A DNA stretch of 64,000 bases from Octopus vulgaris (GCA_951406725.2 OX597825.1:12524001-12588000), one strand, 5' to 3'. Counted from the first letter of the stretch, positions 39,633 to 54,752 are shown. Made by a program: numbers and translations. The notes: generated by a model not told the origin, from the letters alone.

Positions 39633-40882
39633 ACATAGATTTAATCTTTAACTGAATCCGGAAAAATGAACGTGACAATGTCTTCCGTCTTTTGGAATTT
39701 TCTTCACTACCTGGGAAATAAATATTCTGATATACCTGTTGACGTAACTGGAGGAGGTGTGTGGCTTGCTGACGTCTTCGTATGAGAATATTCTTTCATC
39801 ATAAACGAAATTCAAAAGCAAAACGGGACATTCAAATACAGATGCGGGCGGAGATTTTAAGAAAAGGCCTACACAATTGTATTGATTCCTCACTTGTTGA
39901 TATCACATCGGTGGTTCTTGGCACACGTCTTCGAATTCTGGTATTTCAAAGAAATGTTGTTGCCTGATTTCAGGTTTTCGGGAAGTGAATTTATCAAGCG
40001 AGACACAAATATGCAGAACTCGTGTGTCTTTTAAGTTCCATTATTCTGCTGCAGTATGTGTGTGCACATTTAAGATCCATTGAGACTAGATGCTTTCAGA
40101 TCAAGGAATACCAGAACAGAAAGCCAAATTCACGCCTATGTTTAGCGGAAAATATGAAGAAACAATATACTAATTATGCATAAATAATTCAAACGTAATT
40201 TATACATGGATATTTATGTACAAATATATTTATATAAATGTATATGTGTTTGTATATGAGAATGCATGTATAAATAATTATCAGTATCCGTATATATGTG
40301 TGTTTATGTATGTATCTATGTGTGTGCATGCAGGTGTATGTATGCGAATGGGTGTATGTATGCATATATACGTCCGCGTGTACACGCACACATACAAACA
40401 CACACACATAGAGACACAAACACAGACAGAGGCAAACGGGCACACACGTGAACGCACATTCACACACATGCACTCACACACACACATGCACACACATAAA
40501 CACACACACACACACACATATATATGAGTCACGTGTTCTATTCCTTAGAGTTACGGAGCCATGTTTTATTTTCTGGGACGATCTTGTTGCGATAATTCTG
40601 ATTCTATTTCTATCCGAGCCTGGCTATTTTAAATCTCAGTTGATATTCTAAAATCTGTCAGCACAAACTGGATTTATTTTGCAATGATTTTTAAAGGAAA
40701 TATTCGAGCCGACTAGTCTGAAATATATTTGTGTTCCATTACAATTGAGACCTATTCTACAGACATCCTGGCACCATTTCAAGAGGAAGGATGTTACACG
40801 GAATAAATAATGAGTACAAGGAATTGTCCCAAAACGCAAGATAAGAACTTTGGCACATATTATCAGCAATCGGCTAGGTAAT

Positions 40883-40891
40883 GTCTGTCTG

Positions 40892-40970
<79 letters not shown>

Positions 40971-40975
40971 GTCTG

Positions 40976-41050
<75 letters not shown>

Positions 41051-41055
41051 GTCTG

Positions 41056-41116
<61 letters not shown>

Positions 41117-41127
41117 ATATCTATCTG

Positions 41128-41186
<59 letters not shown>

Positions 41187-41195
41187 ATCTATCTA

Positions 41196-41240
<45 letters not shown>

Positions 41241-41275
41241 GTCTGTCTGTCTATCTGTCTGTCAGTCTGTCTGTT
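40883..41275. repeat. Long (TATC)n/(TGTC)n tract
   Basis: ~390 bp of tetranucleotide repeats. Confidence 0.95.
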
Positions 41276-41314
41276 TCTCGATATATACATATATATGTAT
41301 ACATGCACACACAC

Positions 41315-41353
<39 letters not shown>

Positions 41354-41580
41354 CATGGATATGTATACATATATATATTCATATGAGAGTGTGTGTGTAT
41401 GTATATATGTTGAGAGAGAGATTTATAGAGATATACATTAGCATATATATACACGTGTTTAAGTATATACATATACATCTGCATAGAATTGCGTGATATA
41501 TGTGTGTCCGTCTGTCTGTGTGTATATAAACACACATCTAAATATATAAATATCTATGTATCTATCAATATATGTTTATG

Positions 41581-41658
<78 letters not shown>

Positions 41659-41755
41659 TTTATATATATATATATATGTATATAAGAAGTATATATATAT
41701 ATGTATATATATATATGCACATTTCTCTCTCTCTATATATATATGTATATAAGAA

Positions 41756-41792
<37 letters not shown>

Positions 41793-41845
41793 TGTATATA
41801 TATGTCTGTATTTTTGTATATACATATATTCTATACACACATATA

Positions 41846-41896
<51 letters not shown>

Positions 41897-42280
41897 AGTG
41901 AACATATAGGTATACGTGTACATATTAACGTTTGTTTCTTCGTGTGAGTGGTATTATGATTTGTGTTAATGTATCTGTGTGTATTTACACATCTAACTCC
42001 AGTAATCTCTAACTACTTTGACTATCATATGAAACATTTATAACTAACGTAATATTTTAATCAACAGAAATGTATAATTGAATAAAACGTTGTCTAGCAC
42101 TTTTCTCTAGAATTTTTATGTGTTGTATATAAGAATAAGCGATTCCTCGGTAATGTAATAATAATAGAAAGTATTTCAAATTTACCACAGGCATTGTATA
42201 CGATGAGATATTTCGAAAACCATGTAGAAGAAAAGTATCTGGATACCTACACATAAGCGGTTGTGAAAAATGAAACAGGT

Positions 42281-42745
42281 AGGCGTAGGAGTGACTGTGT
42301 GGTAAGAAACTTGCTTCCCAATCACATGGTTTGGGGTTTAGTGCCGCTGTATGGCCATTCGGGAGGTATCTTCTGATATGGTTTCGGGGCCACCAAAGCT
42401 CTCTCTATATATAAGAGAAGGTCGTTTATGTATATATATAAAACAAGGTCGTGTATGTGTATGTGTAACTGTTTCTGTGTGTGTATGCGTGTCTGTGTAT
42501 GCATGTATATACATATATATATGTGTGTGTGTGTGTGTGTGTTGCTCTGTGACTGTGTTTCTCCCCCATAATCACCACCGCTTGACAGACGATTACGTCC
42601 CCGTAACTTAGGAGTTCGACGCAACAGGCCGATATGATAAGTGCCAAGCTTCTAAAAAATAAGTACTGGACTCGATATATTCAACAAAAATTCTTCAAGC
42701 CGGTGACTCGGCATGACCGCAATCTGCGGGAAGAAGTAAAAAATA
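42281..42745 (+). mobile_element. SINE family B, diverged
   Basis: GGCGTAGGAGTGACTGTGTGG head, internal (TG)n, CGTCCCCGTAACTTAG tail. Confidence 0.75.
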
Positions 42746-42799
42746 AAATATAGAAGTAAAGATAATTATATGAAAATAAGCAGTAAAGTTGATTAGAGC

Positions 42800-43347
42800 G
42801 TCCCAGTAGGTATCTGGTACTTAATTTATCGACGCCGAAAGGATGAAAGTCAAAGTCGACCTCGGCGGAGTTGGAACTCAGAACCTAGCGGTGAACGAAA
42901 TAGCTATTTCTTTACTACCCACAAGGGGCTAAAAACGTCTTCCGCTACGTTCTGAGGTCGACTTTGTCTTTCATCCTTTTGGGGTCGATTAAATAAGTAC
43001 CAGTTACGCACTGGGGTCGATATAATCGACTTAATCCGTTTGTACGTCCTTGTTTGTTCTCTCTGTGTTTAGCTCCTTGTGGGTTGGAAAGAAATAGGTA
43101 TTTCGTCTGTCTTGTATTTTGAGTTTAAATTCCGCCGAGGTCGACTTTGTCTTTCATCCTTTCGGGGTCGATTAAATAAGTACCAGTTACGCACTGGGGT
43201 CGATATAATCGACTTAATCCGTTTGTCTCTCCTTGTTTGTCATCTCTGTGTTTAGCCCCTTGTGGGTAGGAAAGAAATAGGTATTTCGTCTGTCTTTACA
43301 TTCTGAGTTGAAATTCCGCCGAGGTCGACTTCGTTTTTCATCCTTTT
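42800..43347. mobile_element. SINE family A multimer with inverted left segment
   Basis: 42800-42935 is in minus orientation and abuts plus-oriented tandem units 42936-43347. Confidence 0.85.
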
Positions 43348-44159
43348 AGTTGTTAATTGCGATAAATCTGTTTCGTATTTTTAACGAGAAGCGTTCTTTA
43401 CGTAACATACCCCTTTAGTAAGATATGATATTGGATCCTGCTTTTATTTGACTAACTACATTCCATAACAATTACACATATACACACACACACGCCCGCA
43501 TATATCTGTGCATTAAAATTCATATTTTTCTTAATGATAGAGAACATGTAGCTATATTCAGCAAAGACAACAACAACAACAACAACAACAATAGTATTTG
43601 CAGATCTTCTTGTAACATCTGATCATTATATGTTACATACTGCGTATAATTTTTTTTTTTTTTATATTATAAATATTTCGGGGGGGAAAAAAAAACTTGA
43701 CGTGATCTATATATGTAGCTCCATGATAATGATATACCGCGTAATTGTATCAATAGCTTTAGGTCTGCCTGTAACATTTAATTAGATTCTAACATAATAA
43801 TAAACAGTATTTGTTTACGGAAGCTCATGGGTTTCCTCTATAGACATTGATATTGTGATTACATCTACAGTTATATAATATGCAATACATAGCACTGGAT
43901 CTGTACATAATAAAGTATTATAGCTTTCTCTGAGAAGCAATATAATTGTAGCTTGAAATCATAACAATGGTCGGCAGACCAATTACAGACGAATACTCAA
44001 CGCGATTGTTGTTTCAGGTAGACTTCAACTTTCTTATGCTTCCCCATGGGAATACAAACTGCAAATCGAGAAGAGGTTCAGTTGACAATGCAAAATATAC
44101 TTCTTGAATGATGCAGAAAGATTGGAATATGCACTTTACACTCGTGCGTGTACTGCTTA

Positions 44160-44440
<281 letters not shown>

Positions 44441-44451
44441 GTTTACAAACG

Positions 44452-44499
<48 letters not shown>

Positions 44500-44704
44500 T
44501 ATTTAAATATATATGTGTATATATATGTATGTTTATATACATACATATATATGTATGTATGTATGTATGCATGTATATATATGCATGTAGACGTCTTCCT
44601 CAATGGCTCATCTACCTTATAAATTCCGTTCTGTCTGATTTTTGTGCGTTTATAACACGAGTATTGTTCATCCAATCGCGCTGAAATTTTAAACATAGAT
44701 ACAT

Positions 44705-44775
<71 letters not shown>

Positions 44776-45153
44776 CGAGGCACGCCAGATAATACTTTAA
44801 TTTTGAAAGAAGTATATCCCCTATATATATATATATATATATATATACACGCTTGTTATTTTATAGTAATTACTGGTATCCTTATATATTAATATATTTT
44901 ACATCTTATATGTAAAGCATAATATGTTATATGTATGTATATTATTGTAATTATCACTTTAGTAAATAAATAAATATATAAGTTAACATAATAATAATGT
45001 CTAAAAGTTGATGAACCAACTATTGAACCCCCTCATTTTCTTATTGCTATATAATATAATATAATATAATATAATATAAAGATATTATATATGAAGTAAG
45101 GACCAAAATCCTTTAAAGGGATGTTAAATATCCAAGTCCGCCGCTTCAGTCCT

Positions 45154-45540
45154 TATTTCTTTATTGACCTCAAGGGGCTAAACATAGAGGGGACAAACAA
45201 GCACAGACAAAGGGATTAAGTCGATTACATCGACCCAGTGCGTAACTGGTACTTTATTTATCGACCACGAAAGGATGAAAGGCAAAGCCTCGGCGGAATT
45301 TGAACTCAGAGCGTAACGGCAGACGAAATACCGCTAAGCATTACGCCCGGCGTGCTAACGTTTCTGCCAGCTAATCGTTTCTGCTACGGGCACAAGGCCT
45401 GAAATATAATGGGGAAGGACAAATCGATGTAATCGAATCCAGTTCCTAAATTATCGGCGGCGAAAGGATAAAAAGTATTTCATCCTTTCGCTGGAATTTG
45501 AAATCAGATTTTAAAGACAGACGAAATGGCTTTAAGCGGA
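45154..45540 (-). mobile_element. SINE family A monomer plus an older adjacent copy
   Basis: 45154-45372 is well conserved; 45378-45540 is decayed and has the alternative tail. Confidence 0.8.
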
Positions 45541-46833
45541 ATAAGAATGCAAACGTCACGGCACGTGTAGCTCAATATGTCTGAAACAAAGATGATACGA
45601 GATTTCAAGAATTTTTCTATCGTTCAGTATGAAAGGAACTTTATATAACTCAAATACCAACAGGCACTTAAACTTTCAGTAATCGTTATTTACTGCTTTA
45701 GATAGTTCGCTAGAAACTAAAACGTTTTTTATGTCCTAGCATAAGCATAATTGATATTGTTTCAGAAATAGGCATAATCGCAATTACAGTAAGAATGAGT
45801 ATAATTAACTTCGTTATAATCCTAAATGTATATGAATAAATAAATAAATACAAAAATAGTAGAATATTATTTCAGAAAATTGCATGAAGCTTTACCAAGT
45901 TGTTTTGACATTCACGGTAAGTATGAATAAGTATCGTATAGTTTCTGAAACAATAACGTATACTTAATTCAAAAGTTATTCAATTTACAAGTTGAGTTAC
46001 TTTTGAAAAGATAACCAATTCGAGGAAAATAAACATAAAATATTTTAAAAAATGGAAATTATTTGTATGTTACTTCTTATTTAATTATAAGTTCAAAAAC
46101 TTAGACAACGCTGTGGAGTTCCAACTACTGTAGATGAAATCTCCAAGCGGTTAAAATACACAAATCTACGATACCCAAGTAATTAATAAGTGATAGCAGA
46201 AGAGTATCCAGGAGTCATAACCAGCATGCGACCCATCCCCCTTGGAGTGCAAATGACTGAAAGAAGTTAAAGAATAAAAGAATATGTCTCTCGTTAAATA
46301 TTTGCTTGTTTCAAGATGGCGGGTTGACAGAATCGTTTTCACCCGCCCCGGAAATTGCTGGTTTTGTGCTAAAATTTGAAGCCAATATTTATTAATTTCT
46401 GTCATTTGACTGTGCTTATGTATAAATGTAAATATACAAAACAAAAGAAATATACAAAAAGAAAAAGAAAATGAGCTGAGGAGCTCTTAGATAAGACAAG
46501 GCGTGTGGTATCAGGAAGGCAATGTAAAATGACAAAAAATTGGAGTGGAAGGGAGAAACGCGAAGAAAAGTTTAAACAGAAAAAGACCCCCCCCCCCCAG
46601 AAACCGAACTATAAAAAAAAAATCACCAGCCCAAACTTCAACGTCGAGAAGGTGAGTGACGAGAAGAAGCGTGACTAAACAAGTCAGCGGTCAAACGAAT
46701 CAAGAGGTCGGAGGAGGAGTAAGAAATGTGGATGCCAGAGCGGGAGAGAAAGAAGAGAGTTAGGATGGTGAGAGGGGAAAGGAGAAAGTGGAAGAGAAAA
46801 GAGAACCGAAGAAAGGGTAATGTCAGGCGATAT

Positions 46834-47095
46834 TTGGAGGCGCGTGGCTTAGTGGTTAGGGTCTCTGCATCATGATCGAAAGATTGTGGTTTCGATTCCT
46901 GGACCGGGCAACGCGTTGTGTTCTTGAACAAAACAATTCATTTCATGTTGCTCCAGTCCACTCAGCTGGCAAAAATGGGTAACGCTGCGATGGACTGGCG
47001 TCCCATCCAGATGGGGAACACATACGCCATAGAAACCGGGAAACCGGGCCCAAGAGCCTGGCTAGGATTTAAAAAGGGCGCATTTATTTATTTTT
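46834..47095 (+). mobile_element. SINE with tRNA head, CORE-like body and type-3 tail (family D)
   Basis: TGGCTTAGTGG...GTTTCGATTCC head, TGTGTTCTTGAACAAAAC body, tail shared with 14552. Confidence 0.8.
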
Positions 47096-47751
47096 TTAGA
47101 GCGACATTGCACAACAAATTTCCTAGTATAGGGGGACGAAGACAAGATAGGTATGTGGTGCTACATTAAATAATTTTGGAAGATTACAGAGAAGCATGAC
47201 AAAGAACAAATTAACATTTCACACACAAGATGAGGACGGTGTGGTGTTGATAACAATAAAATTACTTTAGAGTTCTGGACTGATATATCACTATATCTTA
47301 TCTGCTAAAACATTTTACAAGTGCTTATCTTTCAGTAAAGGGATGGTTGATATATAAATTGACTTTGATCGTTATGCGACATTAAAACTGGCCGATATGA
47401 GACCGAACTAAAGGTCGAATTTTCAAGCACATGGCATTATTTCATCTTGATGACCAAGACGACAGAAGTTGCTTCGGTTCGATTACTTATGCACTGATGA
47501 CATTTATACCTGAAAGATCAGACAATCATATTAATTCTATTCCAGACATATTCGCAGGCATGAGCGAAATCTTATACTCATGGATGCATAAATAGTTAAT
47601 TAGAAATAAAGAAATGAATGAATCGATACACAGGTAGATAAAAGTATAGACACAAACTCATCCACACACAGTCCTGGTCGTACAAAGCGTACGTGTCTTT
47701 GCATATGTAAGTACGTGTATATATAATGTTAATAAACAATCACATTCTTAT

Positions 47752-47973
47752 GTGTAGACGCAATGGCCCAGTGGTTAGGGCAGCGGACTCGTGGTCGTAG
47801 GATCGTGGTTTCGATTCCCAGCGAAAACATAAAGCTCCACGGTGCTCCGGCAGGGGTTGGTGGTGATCCCTGCTGTACTCTTTCTTCTGTTGGTCTGCTC
47901 ACTTAGCCAGCAGGGTGGCGTCATTTGAAGGCTAAAACAATGCGAAACGCATTGTGACCAGCGATGTGTAGCA
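47752..47973 (+). mobile_element. SINE family C, tail type 1, internally deleted
   Basis: Matches the reverse complement of 12753-13057. Confidence 0.85.
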
Positions 47974-48039
47974 TACACACATATATATACAATATATATG
48001 TGTGTATATATATATATATATACATACACTCCGCTGAGG

Positions 48040-48186
48040 CTCAGGAGTGGCTGTGTGGTAAGTATCTTGCTTACCAACCACATGGTTCAGTCCCACTGCG
48101 TGGCATCTTGGGCAAGTGTCCTCTACTATAGCCTCGGGCCGACCAAAGTCTTGTGAGTGAATTTGGTAGGCGGAAACTGGAAGAAG
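48040..48186 (+). mobile_element. SINE family B 5' half
   Basis: Head through GGAAACTG, then (TA)n. Confidence 0.85.
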
Positions 48187-48231
48187 TATATATATATATA
48201 TATATTACATATATATATATATACATATACA

Positions 48232-48297
<66 letters not shown>

Positions 48298-48997
48298 TGT
48301 ATAGAGATAGATAGATGGCTAGATAGATATAGGAGATACAAAATATTTTTGTGTTATTTACTCACTCTTACACATATTTCAGTTGCCAATACAAGTTAAA
48401 AAATTGTATATGCAGTTTAAAAATGCGAACATGTGGATTTTAGCCCTTCGCACATAATACTCACACACACATATATATACATAATTGTGTGTGTATGTTT
48501 GTGTGTGTGTGTGTGTGTCTGTTTAAATTTATACGTATGCGTGTTTGTATGCATGTGTGCATGCATGTAGGCGTACTGTGATTGCAGACTAGATATTCAG
48601 TTCGCAATCACGAGACATGTGTTTCGATCACACTATATGCCATTCATTATATACTCGCATCATTTCCCGCGTCCGTGGATCGAACCGTGTCCTAAGTGTG
48701 AAATTAGGTAGAGGGAAACTGTAAGGAAGTTCATCGGATGGATTGTTCCTGTAACACAACGTTGTCACTCAGAGTGAATTAAAGAATTATGTTCTGGTTA
48801 CATATCAATAGAAAGCTCAGACATTCTGAGCCTAGGTACTCCTTTATTCACCCATGTGAACATTCATCGGCTGACTTTCTTGCGGAGATCTATGATATAA
48901 ATTCGTATGGGGACAATTCACAAAAAAAAAAGACGAAGACAGGTGGTGTAGACAACAAACAGATGTATTAGTATATACGCTGGGGGAGTGAAAAAGT

Positions 48998-49033
48998 CAT
49001 TAACGTTTCGAGCCTACGCTCTTCCACAGAAAG
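48998..49033 (-). ncRNA. Minimal hammerhead-like motif, U6 variant (family H2)
   Basis: CTTT-CTGTGGA-A-GAGC-GTAG-GCTC-GAAA-CG-TT-AATG within repeat 48915-49110. Confidence 0.55.
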
Positions 49034-50211
49034 GAACACAGAAAGAAAGAAGGAGAGAAAATAAAGAATGTGTAGTGCCTAGCGATCTATCATGGTGAAT
49101 GTCGGACAATCTAGCCGATAATCTATATTTGTTAAAATTTATAACGTGTGTATATAACCATGTTTTAACATTTGAGTTAATAGTATTTCTGTATATCTAC
49201 TTGCACCAAGAGTAGCTTCGGCGAATCAGTATCTCAAATAATGATTTCTAGTATAATCAGTTATCTTAAAATTTAATGGGAGTCGATAAGATTGTACTCA
49301 ATGCATAGGCAATAGATGTAAGATTTACCTAGGCGTGAATCGAAGTTAGAACTGAAGGACGTGCTACTGAATATCACAAACCATTTGCTTTGTCACATTG
49401 CAGGCTCTGTGAAACTACTTCTCCAACGGAATGTCAAACAGCGAAAGCAAAATGTAATATTTTCTGTCACTTAAGAGTACATAAATTATTTAATTTACAG
49501 TACTTATAGTTATAACTGATTATAAGGCCTGGTCTTCGAACTTTCAGTTGCAATTCTGTGTATTTCTTATATAACGGAATGTAATTGGATGGATCTGCCT
49601 CTAGGCCGATCTAAAGTTCATCTCGACTATTTCCTAAGGCTATATGAAATAACTCTTATCAACTTCAATTTTCCTTCTAGTACTTCATACCTAACAAATG
49701 AAAATATTAATTATTGATAGCTCTTCCCTGAATGTTAGAGTTTCCGATACATACAAGTGAAATATTCCTACTAAATACACCTTTCTTTATTAAATAATAT
49801 TTCCATCTTGAATAGCAAAAGGTCTATACAGAAATATGCAGAATAAAATGCTACCTAAAATGTAAATAATGATTACACAATAGAAATATACTGATAAAAA
49901 AAAATCAACATTATTATATTTTAATAGAGAAGATGATTTTCAGCCAGAATGAAAACCGTTTTGCCTACAAATATACAAACATCCACATATACAATCACAC
50001 GGATATATGTAGTTCAAAACTGCGTCAGAGAACGCGATATTTTAAGTAAAGCTATGGTACTGAGGATGATATCTACAGTTAACACTTAACTCCATAGAAA
50101 TTATACAATTTTCGTTATTTCGGATAGTCTAAAATAGGGAGTCCGCGTGAAGTTTAAGGAAAAAAGGTACAGAAAAAAAGTAGTTGTGTTTAAAATTTTA
50201 CATACGTAAGG

Positions 50212-50630
50212 GAACGGGCTGGCAGAATCGGTAGAACGCCGGGCAACATGCTCTGCGTCATTTCATTTGTGATTATGTTCAGAGTTCAAGTTAAGGTGAG
50301 GTTGCTTTGCTTTTCATCCGTTTCGAGGACGGTAAAATAAGTGGCAGTTGAGAACTGGGGTCAATGTAATCGACTTGAACCCCTCCTCCGAAATTGCTGG
50401 CCTTGTGCCACAATTTGAAATCATTCGAGCTAGCAGAATCTTTAACGCGTCGGGCAAAATGATCATGGGCATTCGACACGTCTTTATGTTCTAGGTTCAA
50501 ATTCCGCGACGATTGACTTTACCTTTCATCTTTTCGGGGACAGCACGTATCAGTTGAGTATTTGTGTCTATATAATCGACATGACCCCCAACTCTCACGA
50601 GGTTGCTGTTCTTGTGACAAATTTGAAACC
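50212..50630 (+). mobile_element. Two decayed SINE family A-type copies, each with its own head
   Basis: GCTGGCAGAATCG head, TTTCATCC core and AATTGCTGGCCTTGTGCC tail, repeated. Confidence 0.7.
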
Positions 50631-51194
50631 TATATACACTTGTTTTATTTTTTTCCAATTAGGAAATATCAATTACAGGAGAAGAAAGCCAGAACACTAG
50701 ACACAGAGTGTAAGTGATATAAATATTAGCTCAAGTACATGTTATCTGCAGATTTCAGAACAATAGCTTCTTTTGTTACTGAATTATTTATGGCCGTATA
50801 TTGCATCACTAGATTTACGATGTCGAGAATAATATGTGATTCCCAGTTGATTTTTGTATAAAAACCATCAATTCAAAAATCAGCCAATATTTGAAAAAGA
50901 AAAAGAAAAGAAAAACTTCCCATGAGGAGCCGCTGGTCATTTTATTAAAATGTTTGACTATTATATCTTTCGATTGTTTACTATTAAGAGTTATGCGAAA
51001 ACGAAAGTTAAACTTGTTACCGAAGACAAAGCGCCAATGTGTGTGATGGAAACGAAGCTATCAATATAACCCTACAGACGTTTATTGAGATTCTACAATA
51101 ATTACACACACACACACACACTCATGCACACTTATATGCAAAATGAAAGAGACTGAAAGAACGAGAGACAGAGAGAAAACGAGAGGGAGATCCT

Positions 51195-51250
51195 CGAATA
51201 TATATCTTTATTTATGTAGATATTATAGATATATATGTATGATAAATATA

Positions 51251-51297
<47 letters not shown>

Positions 51298-51344
51298 GTA
51301 TGTATATATATATATGTAATATATATGTATGTATGATAAATATA

Positions 51345-51387
<43 letters not shown>

Positions 51388-51489
51388 GTATGTATATATA
51401 TATGTAATATATATATAATATATATATAATATATATATAATAAATATATATATATATATGTATATATATAATATATATATAATATATAC

Positions 51490-51552
<63 letters not shown>

Positions 51553-51553
51553 G

Positions 51554-51637
<84 letters not shown>

Positions 51638-51720
51638 TATAATATATATATATATATATAAACATATAATATATATATATATAATATAGACAAAAATAAT
51701 ATATATATTTATTTAATTAT
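51195..51720. repeat. Long (TA)n-rich tract
   Basis: ~500 bp, almost all TA, with a duplicated ~95-bp subunit. Confidence 0.9.
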
Positions 51721-52029
51721 TGCAGCAATTATCTATGAGAACTGGTTAATTTGTATGTTACATAATTAAGAGGACAATGCTTCAATTATGTGAACGTGTC
51801 ATTCAGAAGACATATTAATTTTATCCTTCGGGCTTTAATTTTAATATGATAAAACTTGTATTAATAAAATATAAAACTAATTACAGACATTCAGCTTTAT
51901 AATTATCGATCTATATATTCATCAACGCTATATTTACATCTCTCTCACTCTTTCTGTGTGTGCGTGTATATATGTATATATATGTATATATGTATACATA
52001 TATACATATATACATATATATATATATAC

Positions 52030-52071
<42 letters not shown>

Positions 52072-52166
52072 GACTATGTATATATATATATATATATGTA
52101 TGTATGACAATTATATTTTTGTATAAGATATATACGGATGTGTTCAAATCTATCTATTTATTCCTT

Positions 52167-52208
<42 letters not shown>

Positions 52209-52213
52209 CATAC

Positions 52214-52246
<33 letters not shown>

Positions 52247-52279
52247 AATATAAATATATATATATATACATAAACATAA

Positions 52280-52310
<31 letters not shown>

Positions 52311-53249
52311 CATATATGTACATACAGAGATAGATAGATAAACAGATAGATAGCTAGATAGTTAGACAGATAGATAATATATTTACAACTGGTTGGAAAA
52401 GCAATGGACCTTCCTGTACACGGCCTTAGCACAGGAAAAGCAATTATGGGAAAATGTTGATCATTATAACGATTATCATCTGACACAAAACGAATCTCGT
52501 GAAACAATTAGAAAATTTGAAATTTAACTACAAGTACCTCCTTCATCCATTTTGCTTTTTATCTTACTGAGCTGGGGAAATATACTGTTAATTTAATACC
52601 TCATCGATTATCTCTCATATCATACATCGTGCGATGTCAATCAATTTGGTGAACCTCTTCCCAGAGACACTGTTTCGGATTTACTACTCGTATCGGCCAA
52701 CGACTGTGTAAGTTACAGTAATAAACAACCACAATTGTAGTTTACTGCATAAACAAAAGACCAGAAATTAAGTGGACGTTTGTAATTGTTTAAATGGATC
52801 TCCCTTCATTTTCTGACGCGTGCTGTAATTTACACCACCTGCCACGGTGAAATGAAAGCTATAATTGTCCCAAGCCGGATTTGGTCTTATTTACACGATA
52901 TTCTAACAGTCCAGCCAATCCAAAAACCTTATAAAATAGTAGTATTATTAACTGTTTCTCCAATCGTTTTACAAGATCTGAAATTAAAGCCATGGAGTAG
53001 TCAATACGATTTAATCTCTTGTCCCGATTTGAAATCAGAATGTAATGATTAGTTTCGGAAACATGTGTCTCATTTAGTACAATACTGTAATGATTCTGAC
53101 ACCTCATCGCTTTAAAAGAGATAAATGATATGTACGTTTAACACGAGCTCGTAATGCAATGATATTGGACAGGAGGGAAAAGCATCTTTTTGCTCAAACA
53201 CAATAGGCAGAAGGGACTTGAAAAACGTAATGCACAACCCTGTGCCGTC

Positions 53250-53292
<43 letters not shown>

Positions 53293-53709
53293 ACACACAC
53301 ACACACATAGATACGCTCTCGTGCACACGCATAAACACTTACACATACACTCATCCATCCATCCACCCATACATACCTGCTTGGCTCGGCTTCGAATTTT
53401 GTGGACAGAAAGTAAATCCTTACTTCATTCGCTGCAAATGATTGCAATATCTGGGACTCTAAAAATCTACAAGAACCTGTTAAGATGTAAAGGATAATGG
53501 TTAAAACGAGACGCTTTCCTTCATGGCCATGCTACTACTATTTATTCTGAATTAATAATAAAAATAATGTTAATATACATACATACATACATACATACAT
53601 GCATACATACATACATACATACATACATACATACATACATACATACATACATACATACATACATACATACATACATACATACCTGCATGCATACATATAT
53701 ATGTACGTA

Positions 53710-53925
53710 CATTCACCTTGACATGCAAAAACCTATGCTCAGTCCCGCAGTTTGCACCACGCGTCACTCGTACAACAGCAAAGTCCCTAGGATCTCGTTT
53801 CCTGGTGAGGGTGTAATCTATAAGATGCCATTTCTTAAAACCAGGGTGCATGCATGTCGTTTTATACTTATTCTTTAGTCGAAACATAATATTCATGACA
53901 CACAAATCCATCTCTACACATTTTT
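53710..53925 (-). mobile_element. RTE-clade LINE APE endonuclease fragment
   Basis: DLCVMNIMFRLKNKYKTTCMHPGFKKWHLIDYTLTRKRDPRDFAVVRVTRGANCGTEHRFL matches NT.F...TW.HP.SK.WHLIDY...RGADC.TDH. Confidence 0.85.
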
Positions 53926-53931
53926 TCCGAT

Positions 53932-54003
53932 GGCCACATAACTGAAGAGATGGCGGCGTGGATTTCCGCCTCGGTATCCGAAACTCGGTGTTTTATCATG
54001 GCT
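53932..54003 (+). ncRNA. Type I hammerhead motif with extended stem II (family H5)
   Basis: GGCCACATAA-CTGAAGA-GATGGCGG...CCGCC...ATCC-GAAA-CTCGGTG-TT-TTATCATGGCT. Confidence 0.55.
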
Positions 54004-54101
54004 ACCGAATAATAGTCACATATTACATTTACAGATAAATTCCACTATTTACATAATATCAAGGTCTCTTTCATTCTTTTATTGTCTTACCATTTTTATC
54101 A

Positions 54102-54150
<49 letters not shown>

Positions 54151-54211
54151 TAATAAAGGCCCGAAACATATGTACCGCTGAATCCTTGGCATCATGTTTT
54201 TATTTTGATCA

Positions 54212-54261
<50 letters not shown>

Positions 54262-54302
54262 TAATAAAAATGACCACACCACAAATGTTCACATAAGCAC
54301 AT

Positions 54303-54752
54303 TTGATAATTTTTTACTGTTATGCCTTTTTTACGTATGCTAAGCCACTGATATTATTATAAACAATATCCTCATATAAATTTACATAATTTTTATTTAC
54401 TTCGATCACGTATTTTAGAATTTGCTGCGGGATTAAAATCAGGCATCGTACACATTAGTGAGATGAACAATCTCTTTAAACTCAAAGTTGAAAATCACGG
54501 TGATACGGGTATGTGTAGCATTTTCAATATTCGATTACTTCGTCATTGGTACGGGATTTTAGGATTTTTATTCATTTACCCGCTTTCATATCTGTGTTTA
54601 ACTGAAAATTTGTAATTTGATCATTTGAATGCTATATTTAGCAAACCGGTACTAATAGTTCGTTTCCTTAATTATTAATTGATAATTATTTTGTTTAACG
54701 TTACGGTTTTTTTATGCATGATATTATTATAAAGAATAATATCCTCATATAT
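54303..54752 (+). repeat. ~370-nt unit with terminal direct repeat
   Basis: TGATATTATTATAAA...AATATCCTCATATA at 54349 and 54719. Confidence 0.55.

Noticed and set aside
40850-41386. Long ORFs such as the 178-aa YLSI repeat (also 44148, 51132, 58825 and many YI/CV/HT ORFs)
   Set aside because: Translations of stop-free microsatellites; no protein signal.
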